64,000 nucleotides of DNA, from positions 256,001 to 320,000 of the forward strand of contig CAVRGP010000011.1 of NCBI GenBank assembly GCA_963720755.1. The letters are read 5' to 3'. Every line of letters starts with the position of its first letter. Positions within the stretch are counted from its first letter, which is position 1. A model generated the notes under the pieces. The model was not told where the DNA came from. It saw only the letters and a program-made list of their open reading frames with translations, and searched no databases. Below are positions 40,040 to 48,037 of the stretch, in pieces. The stretch comes from an uncultured Chloroflexia bacterium (GTDB lineage Bacteria; Chloroflexota; Limnocylindria; Limnocylindrales; CSP1-4). The position numbers and the translations under genes were made by a program.

Positions 40040-41317
40040 TCAGGCTTCCGTGTCGGGGTCGTGGGCGGTGATGTCGAGGGCTCCGTCCGTTTCTCCGGTG
40101 ACTCGTGCTTCGAAACCGGGCAATGCCACGATGGCCCCGCCAAGCGACAGGCCGGCATCGTGCTCGACCGTGAAGACGAACTCACCGTCCGGTCCTGAGG
40201 CGACTCGGATCCCGCTGACTCCGGGCGCCCGTCCGAGGCTTCGCTTGAACGTCGCGATGCTGGCCACGCTGACCAGGCCGACGACGGACACGCGAGTGGT
40301 CGTGCGCTCGCTCGAGGTCGGGGCATCGATGGCGATCGCCTCCTCGGTCCCGGAGGATTCCTCGACCGGCGCGTCGGGTTCCCGGTCCCCGGCGATGTTG
40401 AGGGCGGCGTCGTCTTCACTCAGGCTTCCGGCGAAGGTGGCGGCCTCGGCCTCGGCGGCAGCGAAGTCCGCCACCGGCTGGTCGCCGCTCTCGGATACGG
40501 TCGCCTGTTCGCTGCCGGCGTCAGGGGCCGCGGTATCCGCGTCCGCCATGGGGTGGCCCGGCCATGCGTCGGGGACCCGCGTGGCCGGCGTGACCGGATC
40601 GAACGGCTCGAAGGCCGGGACGGCGATCGATGCAGCCACACCGGCCAGGTCAGGTGGTTCGGGCATCGTCTCGGCCATCGAGGCGATCCGCGTCGGATCC
40701 TCCTCGGCCAGGAGGCGCTCGAAGAACGACGACATCTCGGATTCGAACTCTTCGACCGTCGACGCGACGCGCTGGACGCGAGCTTCGACGACACCGGCAT
40801 GGGCGTCCATCTCGCCGTCGAGAGCCGTCTTGCGAACGGCGATCCGGGCCTCGGCCTCTTCACGGATCCGGGCGATCTCGCCCTTGGACCACTCGCGAAC
40901 CGCGGCGACGTCGTCGTCGGCACGTCGACGAAGGTCGGCACTCTCGCCCGTGGCGGCGACCTGGATCTCCTCGACGACGGCCTTCGCGTCCGCAGAGAAC
41001 CGGGCCATGATCTCTTCGCGCGAGCTGACGGCAGCCGTCTGCATCGCCCGGCTCATGTCGGCCATGATCTTGGTGGGTCGGCGGCCCGTCAGCGCAGCCA
41101 TCGGGAAGGCCGGCTCAGGGGTCTGGACCTCTTCGGTCGCGGCGTTGGTATCGACCATGACAGGGCTATCGACCTCCTCGGTTGGGGCGGGATCGACGGA
41201 GGCCGGCGCCTCGGTGTCCGGCGTTTCAGTCGGGGCTTCGGCGGACGCCTTGTCGGCATGCGCCTTGTCCCCTGGCCACGGGAGCCTGAATCCTTGTGGT
41301 GTCTCGATCTGGGCCAT
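40040..41317 (-). CDS. acidic coiled-coil hypothetical protein
   Basis: long helical EARIAVRK/EIARIREEAE segment between Pro/Ala/Glu-rich linkers; small alpha/beta C-terminal domain; GAGG RBS. Confidence 0.75.
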   Translation of the reverse strand: MAQIETPQGFRLPWPGDKAHADKASAEAPTETPDTEAPASVDPAPTEEVDSPVMVDTNAATEEVQTPEPAFPMAALTGRRPTKIMADMSRAMQTAAVSSREEIMARFSADAKAVVEEIQVAATGESADLRRRADDDVAAVREWSKGEIARIREEAEARIAVRKTALDGEMDAHAGVVEARVQRVASTVEEFESEMSSFFERLLAEEDPTRIASMAETMPEPPDLAGVAASIAVPAFEPFDPVTPATRVPDAWPGHPMADADTAAPDAGSEQATVSESGDQPVADFAAAEAEAATFAGSLSEDDAALNIAGDREPDAPVEESSGTEEAIAIDAPTSSERTTTRVSVVGLVSVASIATFKRSLGRAPGVSGIRVASGPDGEFVFTVEHDAGLSLGGAIVALPGFEARVTGETDGALDITAHDPDTEA

Positions 41318-41485
41318 GCGTCGCGATCCTCACGTAGGGGATGCCGGACGGGGTTGCCTGGCATCCACGGGCTTGGTCGCATCGTGGCAGCGAGGGTCGG
41401 TATGGTGCAGTTGGCTAGAGGTACCAGCGGTCTGCGCCGGTGGTACCGCCGAGCGACCCCCGGATTCCGGGCTACCATGCCCTGG

Positions 41486-42535
41486 ATGGAAACCGACCCC
41501 GTCCGCGCCGGCGCTCACCCACCGATCGACACGCTCGGGCGGCCGATCCGCGATCTGCGGATCTCCGTCACCGACCGGTGCAACTTCCGCTGCACGTATT
41601 GCATGCCCAAGGAGGTCTTCGGGCGCGACTTCGAGTTCCTGCCCCGGGACCAGGTCCTCCACTTCGAGGAGATCGAGCGGATCGCCCGCATCTTCGTCTC
41701 ACTCGGGGTCGAGAAGCTTCGGATCACCGGAGGCGAGCCGCTCGTCCGGCGTGACCTGCCCGATCTCATCGCGATGCTGGCGACGATCCGCCGGCCCGAC
41801 GGCGGAGAGGTCGATCTGACCCTGACGACCAACGGATCGGCCCTCCGACGGCTCGCGCGTCCGCTTGTGCAGGCCGGATTGCAACGGGTAACCGTCAGCC
41901 TCGATTCGCTCGATGACGCGGTTTTCGGGGCGATGAACGGGATCGATTTCCCGGTCGCCCGGGTGCTGGATGGAGTCGCGGCGGCGATCGAGGCGGGGCT
42001 CACGCCGGTCAAGGTGAATATGGTCGTCCGGCGCGGGATCAACGAGTCGAGCCTCGTGCCGATGGCCACGTGGGCGCGTGAGACCGGCGTGATCCTGCGA
42101 TTCATCGAATACATGGACGTCGGCCATTCGAACGGTTGGCGTCTCGATGAGGTCGTGCCTGCCACCGAGATCGTCGAGACGATCGCCGGCGTGTGGCCGG
42201 TGGAGGCGGAGGCCCCGTCGTATCTCGGTGAGGTCGCCGGCAGGTGGCGGTACGCGGACGGTGGTGGCGAGTTCGGGGTCATCTCCTCGGTCACCCAGCC
42301 ATTCTGTCGGGACTGCACTCGCGCGCGCATCTCGGCCGAGGGTCGCTTGTACACGTGCCTGTTCGCGGTAGATGGTCACGATCTTCGAGATCGGTTGCGG
42401 GCGGGGATCTCGGACACGGAGCTGACCGATGCGATCGCCTCGATCTGGTCGCGCCGAGGCGATCGATATTCGGAGCGGCGGTCGGAGGCGACCACGCGGC
42501 TGCCGAAGATCGAGATGTTCGCGATGGGCGGCTAG
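41486..42535 (+). CDS. moaA: GTP 3',8-cyclase
   Basis: LRISVTDRCNFRCTYC radical SAM motif, TGGEPL, FCRDCTRAR..LYTCLF, C-terminal MGG. Confidence 0.96.
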   Translation: METDPVRAGAHPPIDTLGRPIRDLRISVTDRCNFRCTYCMPKEVFGRDFEFLPRDQVLHFEEIERIARIFVSLGVEKLRITGGEPLVRRDLPDLIAMLATIRRPDGGEVDLTLTTNGSALRRLARPLVQAGLQRVTVSLDSLDDAVFGAMNGIDFPVARVLDGVAAAIEAGLTPVKVNMVVRRGINESSLVPMATWARETGVILRFIEYMDVGHSNGWRLDEVVPATEIVETIAGVWPVEAEAPSYLGEVAGRWRYADGGGEFGVISSVTQPFCRDCTRARISAEGRLYTCLFAVDGHDLRDRLRAGISDTELTDAIASIWSRRGDRYSERRSEATTRLPKIEMFAMGG

Positions 42536-42575
42536 GGTCGGGAACCGACGCTCGCGTGGCCGGCCCTGAGCGTGG

Positions 42576-42650
42576 TTGTCCACATCCTGTCCACAGGCAT
42601 GGACAAGTCGTGGATGGCGGTCGGGTGGCCGGTCTCGAGTTCGTGGATAA
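42576..42650. promoter_or_regulatory. DnaA-box cluster
   Basis: TTGTCCACA 42576-84, CTGTCCACA 42587-95, reverse-oriented CATGGACAA 42598-606 and CGTGGATAA 42642-50. Confidence 0.7.
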
Positions 42651-42655
42651 CCGCG

Positions 42656-42685
42656 TTGACCGTCGATCGGGCGCGCCCCTATCGT
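42656..42685 (+). promoter_or_regulatory. putative sigma-70 promoter
   Basis: TTGACC, 18 bp, TATCGT. Confidence 0.6.
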
Positions 42686-42691
42686 TGGTCT

Positions 42692-42777
42692 TGCCCGAAG
42701 GGGCCGACAGGTTCGAGGGAACCGAGATCACATCAAGGGACCCTCGCTCCGCCGCCGGTCGCTTCGGGCGCTTCGTT
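42692..42777 (+). ncRNA. candidate small structured RNA (rod-like hairpin with central bubble)
   Basis: nested pairs GCCCGAAG/CTTCGGGC, GGCCG/CGGTC, CGAGGG/CCCTCG beginning at the predicted TSS and followed by CTTCGTT. Confidence 0.45.
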
Positions 42778-42918
42778 GCCGCGACGCGCCTGTCTCACGA
42801 CGAGCGCCGGCGTGGCCCGCCCGACGGGACGTGATCGGCATCCCGGTGTCGATTCGCTCGTCGGGCCGGTGAAGCCTCCCGCCTCGACGATCGATCGCGA
42901 TGCGCAGTGGAGGCAGCC

Positions 42919-43797
42919 ATGTCCCGCCCGATGGCCGAGATCGACCCGACGATCCCGATCCGACCCGACGAACAGCCCGCTCGCATCGCCGCATTGGTGG
43001 CGGCGGTCCGGACGCGGGTGTCGCTCGTGCCGGACGTCGCGATCGTCCTGGGTTCCGGGTTGGGCGACCTGGCCGATGATCTCACCGATCCAGTCGCGAT
43101 CCCGTTCGCCGATCTGCCCGGTTGGCCCGCCGCGACCGCCCCGGGCCATGCCGGACGACTCCTCCTTGGCCGGCTCGGGGGTCGGCCGGTCGCGATGCTC
43201 CAGGGCCAATTCCACCTGTACGAGGGGTTCGACCCGGGGCTCGTCATCGAGCCGGTGTTGCTGTTCAAGGCGCTCGGGGCGCGGATCGTCGTCCTCACCA
43301 ATGCGGCCGGGGGGCTCGATCCGTCGTTCGGCCCGGGCGCGCTCATGGTGATGCGGGATCACATCAACCTGACAGGTCGAAGCCCGCTCATCGGTCCCAA
43401 TGCGGACGAGCTGGGGTCGCGCTTCCCGGACCTGACCGATGCCTGGAGTCCAAGGCTGCGGGACCGCTTGCATGCGGCCGGGAAAGCCGAGGGGGTGCCA
43501 CTCGTGGAAGGCGTCTACATCGGCCTGACCGGTCCCAACTACGAGACACCCGCCGAAGTGCGGATGCTTGCGGCCATGGGTGGCCATGCCGTCGGGATGT
43601 CCACGATCCTCGAGTGCATCGCCGCCCGCTGGGTCGGGCTCGAGGTCTGCGGGGTGTCCCTGGTGACGAACGCCGGGGCAGGGTACACGGGGTCCCCGCT
43701 GACCCACGACGAAGTCCTGGCCTCCGGCCAGGTCTCCGGTCCGCGTCTGGCTCGCGTGATCAGGCGATTCGTGACCGACCTGCCGGCCCGAGACTGA
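42919..43797 (+). CDS. punA: purine-nucleoside phosphorylase (trimeric type)
   Basis: VLGSGLG, PGHAG, H.YEG, TNAAGG, GPNYETPAE, VGMST, SLVTN; GGAGG RBS. Confidence 0.92.
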   Translation: MSRPMAEIDPTIPIRPDEQPARIAALVAAVRTRVSLVPDVAIVLGSGLGDLADDLTDPVAIPFADLPGWPAATAPGHAGRLLLGRLGGRPVAMLQGQFHLYEGFDPGLVIEPVLLFKALGARIVVLTNAAGGLDPSFGPGALMVMRDHINLTGRSPLIGPNADELGSRFPDLTDAWSPRLRDRLHAAGKAEGVPLVEGVYIGLTGPNYETPAEVRMLAAMGGHAVGMSTILECIAARWVGLEVCGVSLVTNAGAGYTGSPLTHDEVLASGQVSGPRLARVIRRFVTDLPARD

Positions 43798-43843
43798 CCG
43801 GGTACGCGGTCGGCCCCCGACCGACCGCCTCGTTCGACGGTCC

Positions 43844-44728
43844 TCAGGCGACCGGCAAGTCCCGTCCGGCTGCCCGCGCGGCCGTGGCCTTCTCCGCCCA
43901 CGCCTCGAGCACCCGGTCCTTGTGCGGCCGGATCGGGCAGTGTCCGTCACGATTGTTGAACTCGTCGCAGTAGCCCAGCGGCACGCACTTGGGCGCCAGG
44001 AATGACCCGAGGAACGGCGACACGGTGAAGATCTCGTGGCGGATGAGCTGGAACAGGCGACGGATCTCCCATTGGGCCATCGTGCACAGGCGCAGTCCGG
44101 ACATGTGGATCAGCGCTCGAAGGTTGGTGGTCATGACGAGGTTCGTTCGGGTGGCGTTCGGGAACACGAACCGCGCATCCTCGCCCGGCACTCCGGCGCC
44201 GAGCAGGTCGCCGTACAGGCCCAGTGCACCATCGACCTGCTCCTCGTATCTCTCGCGCAGGGCCGGGTCGCCCTCGGCGATCGAGTGGGGGAGCATCGTC
44301 GCGGCGCCCTTGAACTTCACGTAGCGCTGGCTCTGTTGATCGAATGCGACGCCAGCCCGGTGTCGGACGAGCTGGTGCGACAGGGTCCGCGAGACCCCGC
44401 TGATGGCGAAGGTGAAGACGACGTGCTCGATCGTGGAGCCGTGTCCCGATTCGATGACCGAACTGATCAGCCGCTGCATCTTGAGCGCGTCGAAGTCGCC
44501 GTCGACGGCCCGCTGGAAGATCACGTCGGGGTCCTGCTCCGAATAGCAGGTCCGGCATGCGGTGTAGATGATCGGGACATAGAAGCGATCGACGATGTCA
44601 CGGTCCGGGAAGACCAAGGTGGCCCGCATCCCGAGGTCTCGCCGGCCCGGGTTCTTCGGGATGCCGCTCTTCTCTCGGGCCGGATCGGAGGCCCCGGGCC
44701 CCGCGGGCTGATTCGTCTGGGTCGTCAT
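43844..44728 (-). CDS. thyX: FAD-dependent thymidylate synthase
   Basis: GHGSTIEH, SR.LSHQLVRHR...QQSQRY, EDARFVFP, AQWEIR. Confidence 0.93.
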   Translation of the reverse strand: MTTQTNQPAGPGASDPAREKSGIPKNPGRRDLGMRATLVFPDRDIVDRFYVPIIYTACRTCYSEQDPDVIFQRAVDGDFDALKMQRLISSVIESGHGSTIEHVVFTFAISGVSRTLSHQLVRHRAGVAFDQQSQRYVKFKGAATMLPHSIAEGDPALRERYEEQVDGALGLYGDLLGAGVPGEDARFVFPNATRTNLVMTTNLRALIHMSGLRLCTMAQWEIRRLFQLIRHEIFTVSPFLGSFLAPKCVPLGYCDEFNNRDGHCPIRPHKDRVLEAWAEKATAARAAGRDLPVA

Positions 44729-44737
44729 CCGCACATC

Positions 44738-47506
44738 CTACGACGCCGACTCGCCATGGACGTTCCGGTCGGTGTCGCCGAGCGCATAGGCGACCGCTTC
44801 ATCCAACGTCAAGGCAGCGCCTTCGCCCGCGAGTCTGTTGAGATCGTCCGACGCCATCTGCGATCGGATCCCAGGGCGCGCGCCGACTTCGAAGGTGTCC
44901 TCCACGAACCGGGCCAGGTCTGTCCCTGTCTCGGTCGTCAGGTTCCGGGCCGCGCCGTGCAGGCGGGCCGCCCGCGGCAGGTCGCCCTCGGCGACGGCGA
45001 TCGCCGACATGTCGTCCAGGCACAGGGTGAGGCCGGCGGCGTCGCCCGAAGCGTGGAAATGGCGGATCGCTTCCTCGACACATGCCCGAGCCTCTGACAG
45101 CTCGCCATTCCTCAGGAGCGCGGTTCCGAGCATGTGCAGGCTCCACGCCTCCATCGTCAGGTCTCCCACCTCATGGAACATCGCCAGGGCGGTTCGGAAC
45201 CACTCGACGCCGTATCCGGGCACCTTGCGGAAGTACTCGTGATTGCCGATGCCCCACGTGGCATTGGCTTCGCCGCGCAGGTCCCCGATCTTGTGATAGA
45301 GATCGCGCGCGTGCTGGAGGAGCCCGAGCCCGATCGGATCCGGATCTGGGATCATGGCGCCCTCGGCGTCCATCTCCGGGACGGCGTCCGCGAACGAGGC
45401 GTTGTAGTACGCATTGGCCAGCTCGCTGGGGTCGTCCAGTCCCTGCCAGATCGTCAGCGCCTCGTCATACCAGCCCTTCATGGCCAGCAGGTCGCCCTGC
45501 CACCAGCAGGTCCCGCCGAGCGCTTCGACCAGCTTCGCCCGAAGGCGTGGGTCCGATCGCGACCAGTCGGCGGCGGCCATCGCGGTGAGGCGACGTCGCG
45601 CCTCGGCCAGGTGACCGTGCTTCTGCCAGAACCGCCACATGTCGAACGCGACCCCGATGGCCACGGCGGCGTGGCCGGCCTCGACTGCGCGATCGAGGAT
45701 CGCCCGCACGTCGTCGTGTTCCGCCTCGAGTCGGTCGAGCCAGCGCCGCTGCCCCGGACCGGACTCCTCGGCGGCCGCCCGCTTGACCAGGGCGACATAC
45801 CAGTCGCGGTGCCGATCGCGGACCAACTCGAGTTCACCGCCGGCCCCGAGTCGTTCTGCGGCGAATTCCCGGATGGTGTCGAGCATCCGGAACCGTGGTT
45901 CCCCGTCGCCCGTCTCCTCGACCTTCACCAGGCTCTGGTCGGCGAGGGTCATCAGGCCGTCGAGGAGGTCGCCACCGATCTCCTCGTTCGGCCCACACAC
46001 GGCATCGGCGGATTCGAGATCACAACCGCTCGAGAATATGGACATCCGCTCCAGGAGCCGCCTGCCACCGTCGTCGAGCAGCTCGTAGCTCCAGGCGATC
46101 GCGCCGCGCAAGGTCTGCTGTCGAGCTGGCAGATCGCGCGAGCCCGCGGCGAGGATGTCAAGTTGGTGATCCAGGCGGGCGAGGATGGCCTCCGGAGACA
46201 GGATCTTCACCCGGGCCGCCGCGAGCTCGATGGCCAACGGCATGCCCTGGAGCCGGGCAGAGATGGCGGCGACCGCCGGCGCATTGTCATTGTCCACGCG
46301 GAAACCTGGACGCACCGCGACCGCGCGCTCGATGAACAGCTGCACCGCGGCGTATTGTCCGAGCGCGTCGAGGTCGATGGTCCGCATCTCGCCGGATCGC
46401 TGCATCCGGTCGATGCCCGACTGATGGCTGGGGTCCGGGGGGGCGGCCAGACCGGGGACGGGATACTCCTGCTCTCCGGAGACGTGGAGGACCGCGCGAC
46501 TGGTGACCACCACTTTGAGGCCGGGCGCCGACCGGAGGAGGTCGGCCACGATCGGTCCCGCCTCGACGACCTGCTCGAAATTGTCGAGGACCAGCAGCAC
46601 CTGCTTATCCCGCAGCCAGTCGATGAGCGAATCGAGGATCGGGCGGGTCGACCCCTCGACGATGCCCACGGCGCTGGCGATCCGAGGGGCGACCAGCATC
46701 GGATCACGGATCGGCGCGAGCGGGACGAAGTAGGCGCCGTCGGGAAAGTCGTCGGATGCCAGGCTGGCCAGCTGCAGCGACAGGCGCGTCTTGCCGGTGC
46801 CGCCTGGCCCGCTGAGGGTCAGCATTCGGGTCATCGCCAGGAGCGACGCAGCCTCGGCAAGTTCGGCATCCCGCCCGACGAACGTGGTCAGCTGGGTGGG
46901 CAGGTTGTTCGGGTGGACCTCGACCGTCCGGATCGGCGGGAACTCGGCCTGGAGGCCGTCCGCCGCGACCTGGAGGATCCGGACCGGCGCACTGAGGTCT
47001 TTGAGGCGATGCTCGCCGAGGTCGAGGAGTCGCACGCCGTCCGCCGGCACCTCCCCAGCGAGCTCCCCGGACAGCCCGGAGATCAGGATCTGGCCGCCGT
47101 GGGCGGCGGCGGCGATCCGGGCCGCCTGATTGATGGGGATCCCGACATAGCTGTCACCGACCCGCTCCGCACCGCCCGTGTGCAGACCCATCCGCACGCG
47201 GAGCGGGGCATCTTCCGGCCACGGTTCATGGGCCAGCGCACGTTGGCCATCGACCGCCGCCGCGATCGCCGGCGGCACCTCCTCGAACAGGACGAAGAAC
47301 GAATCGCCCTCCGTACCCTGCTCGAACCCGCGGTATCTGGTCCAGACCGCACGGAGCAGATCCCGGTGTCGAGCGAGGAGCTGGCCGTAGCGCTCCCGTC
47401 CGATCCGGCCCTCGAGGCTGGTCGAGCCCTCGATATCCGAGAAGAGGAACGTGAACGTGCCGCGCGTCGGTGCCGCGATCGCGTCGACGTTCGGCTCGCT
47501 GGTCAT
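44738..47506 (-). CDS. class III adenylate/guanylate cyclase - STAND ATPase - TPR protein
   Basis: FLFSDIEGST, EGDSF, VRMGLHTG, NQAARI; GPGGTGKTRL, LLVLDNFEQV, GMPLAIELAAAR; C-terminal TPRs. Confidence 0.9.
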   Translation of the reverse strand: MTSEPNVDAIAAPTRGTFTFLFSDIEGSTSLEGRIGRERYGQLLARHRDLLRAVWTRYRGFEQGTEGDSFFVLFEEVPPAIAAAVDGQRALAHEPWPEDAPLRVRMGLHTGGAERVGDSYVGIPINQAARIAAAAHGGQILISGLSGELAGEVPADGVRLLDLGEHRLKDLSAPVRILQVAADGLQAEFPPIRTVEVHPNNLPTQLTTFVGRDAELAEAASLLAMTRMLTLSGPGGTGKTRLSLQLASLASDDFPDGAYFVPLAPIRDPMLVAPRIASAVGIVEGSTRPILDSLIDWLRDKQVLLVLDNFEQVVEAGPIVADLLRSAPGLKVVVTSRAVLHVSGEQEYPVPGLAAPPDPSHQSGIDRMQRSGEMRTIDLDALGQYAAVQLFIERAVAVRPGFRVDNDNAPAVAAISARLQGMPLAIELAAARVKILSPEAILARLDHQLDILAAGSRDLPARQQTLRGAIAWSYELLDDGGRRLLERMSIFSSGCDLESADAVCGPNEEIGGDLLDGLMTLADQSLVKVEETGDGEPRFRMLDTIREFAAERLGAGGELELVRDRHRDWYVALVKRAAAEESGPGQRRWLDRLEAEHDDVRAILDRAVEAGHAAVAIGVAFDMWRFWQKHGHLAEARRRLTAMAAADWSRSDPRLRAKLVEALGGTCWWQGDLLAMKGWYDEALTIWQGLDDPSELANAYYNASFADAVPEMDAEGAMIPDPDPIGLGLLQHARDLYHKIGDLRGEANATWGIGNHEYFRKVPGYGVEWFRTALAMFHEVGDLTMEAWSLHMLGTALLRNGELSEARACVEEAIRHFHASGDAAGLTLCLDDMSAIAVAEGDLPRAARLHGAARNLTTETGTDLARFVEDTFEVGARPGIRSQMASDDLNRLAGEGAALTLDEAVAYALGDTDRNVHGESAS

Positions 47507-47516
47507 GGGTCGGTGA

Positions 47517-47945
47517 TCAAGGCTCGTCAGCTTCGGTGAGATCCCGCAGACGGCTGGCCACACCCCGCAGGATCGCGATCGCGACCCGAGGTTCCTCGAC
47601 CATGACCGCTTCCAGGTCCCACGATGCAAGGGCCAGGCATGTCGTCGGTCCGATCGCCACGACCTGGGCGACGCGAGGTCGCCCATCGAGCAGCGACAGC
47701 TCGCCGAAGAAATCGCCCGGGCCGAGTGTGGCGATCACGACTCCGTCGCGGACCACGCAGGCCCCACCGCTGACGACGACGTAGAAGCCGGTCCCGATCT
47801 CACCCTGGTGGACGATGACGTGATCGGCCGGGAATGCCACCTCGACCGCTGCAGACGCGATGCGTGCCATGCCGTCGGGGTCGACACCGTCGAACAGGCG
47901 GACGGCCGCCAGCGTGTCCGCCTTGCGCTCGCGCGTCAGGGTCAT
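47517..47945 (-). CDS. stand-alone cyclic nucleotide-binding domain protein
   Basis: IVHQGE.G..FYVVVSG, GDFFGELSLLDGRPRVA; no HTH; GGAGGGAG RBS. Confidence 0.9.
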   Translation of the reverse strand: MTLTRERKADTLAAVRLFDGVDPDGMARIASAAVEVAFPADHVIVHQGEIGTGFYVVVSGGACVVRDGVVIATLGPGDFFGELSLLDGRPRVAQVVAIGPTTCLALASWDLEAVMVEEPRVAIAILRGVASRLRDLTEADEP

Positions 47946-47974
47946 CGTTGGTCTCCCTCCAGACGTTGCCCGTC

Positions 47975-48003
47975 ATGCTGCCCCCGCCGGGGAGGGGCGT
48001 CAA
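47975..48003 (-). promoter_or_regulatory. putative sigma-70 promoter for the cNMP-binding/cyclase genes
   Basis: TTGACG, 17 bp, CAGCAT on the minus strand. Confidence 0.45.
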
Positions 48004-48037
48004 CACGCGGGAGGTCTCGCCGGCCGTCCCCGGCCGA

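Noticed and set aside
41318-41485. Moco riboswitch upstream of moaA
   Set aside because: No recognisable consensus, and moaA appears leaderless (TACCAT 7 nt before the ATG)
42700-42720. GGGGCCGACAGGTTCGA resembles the 5' end of tmRNA or a tRNA T-loop
   Set aside because: There is no matching 3' acceptor/T-arm with CCA at the expected distance; the downstream sequence is the PNP gene
42572-43351. 259-aa ORF spanning the DnaA-box region
   Set aside because: Low-complexity Arg/Ser/Pro translation that overlaps PNP out of frame; a GC-rich shadow ORF
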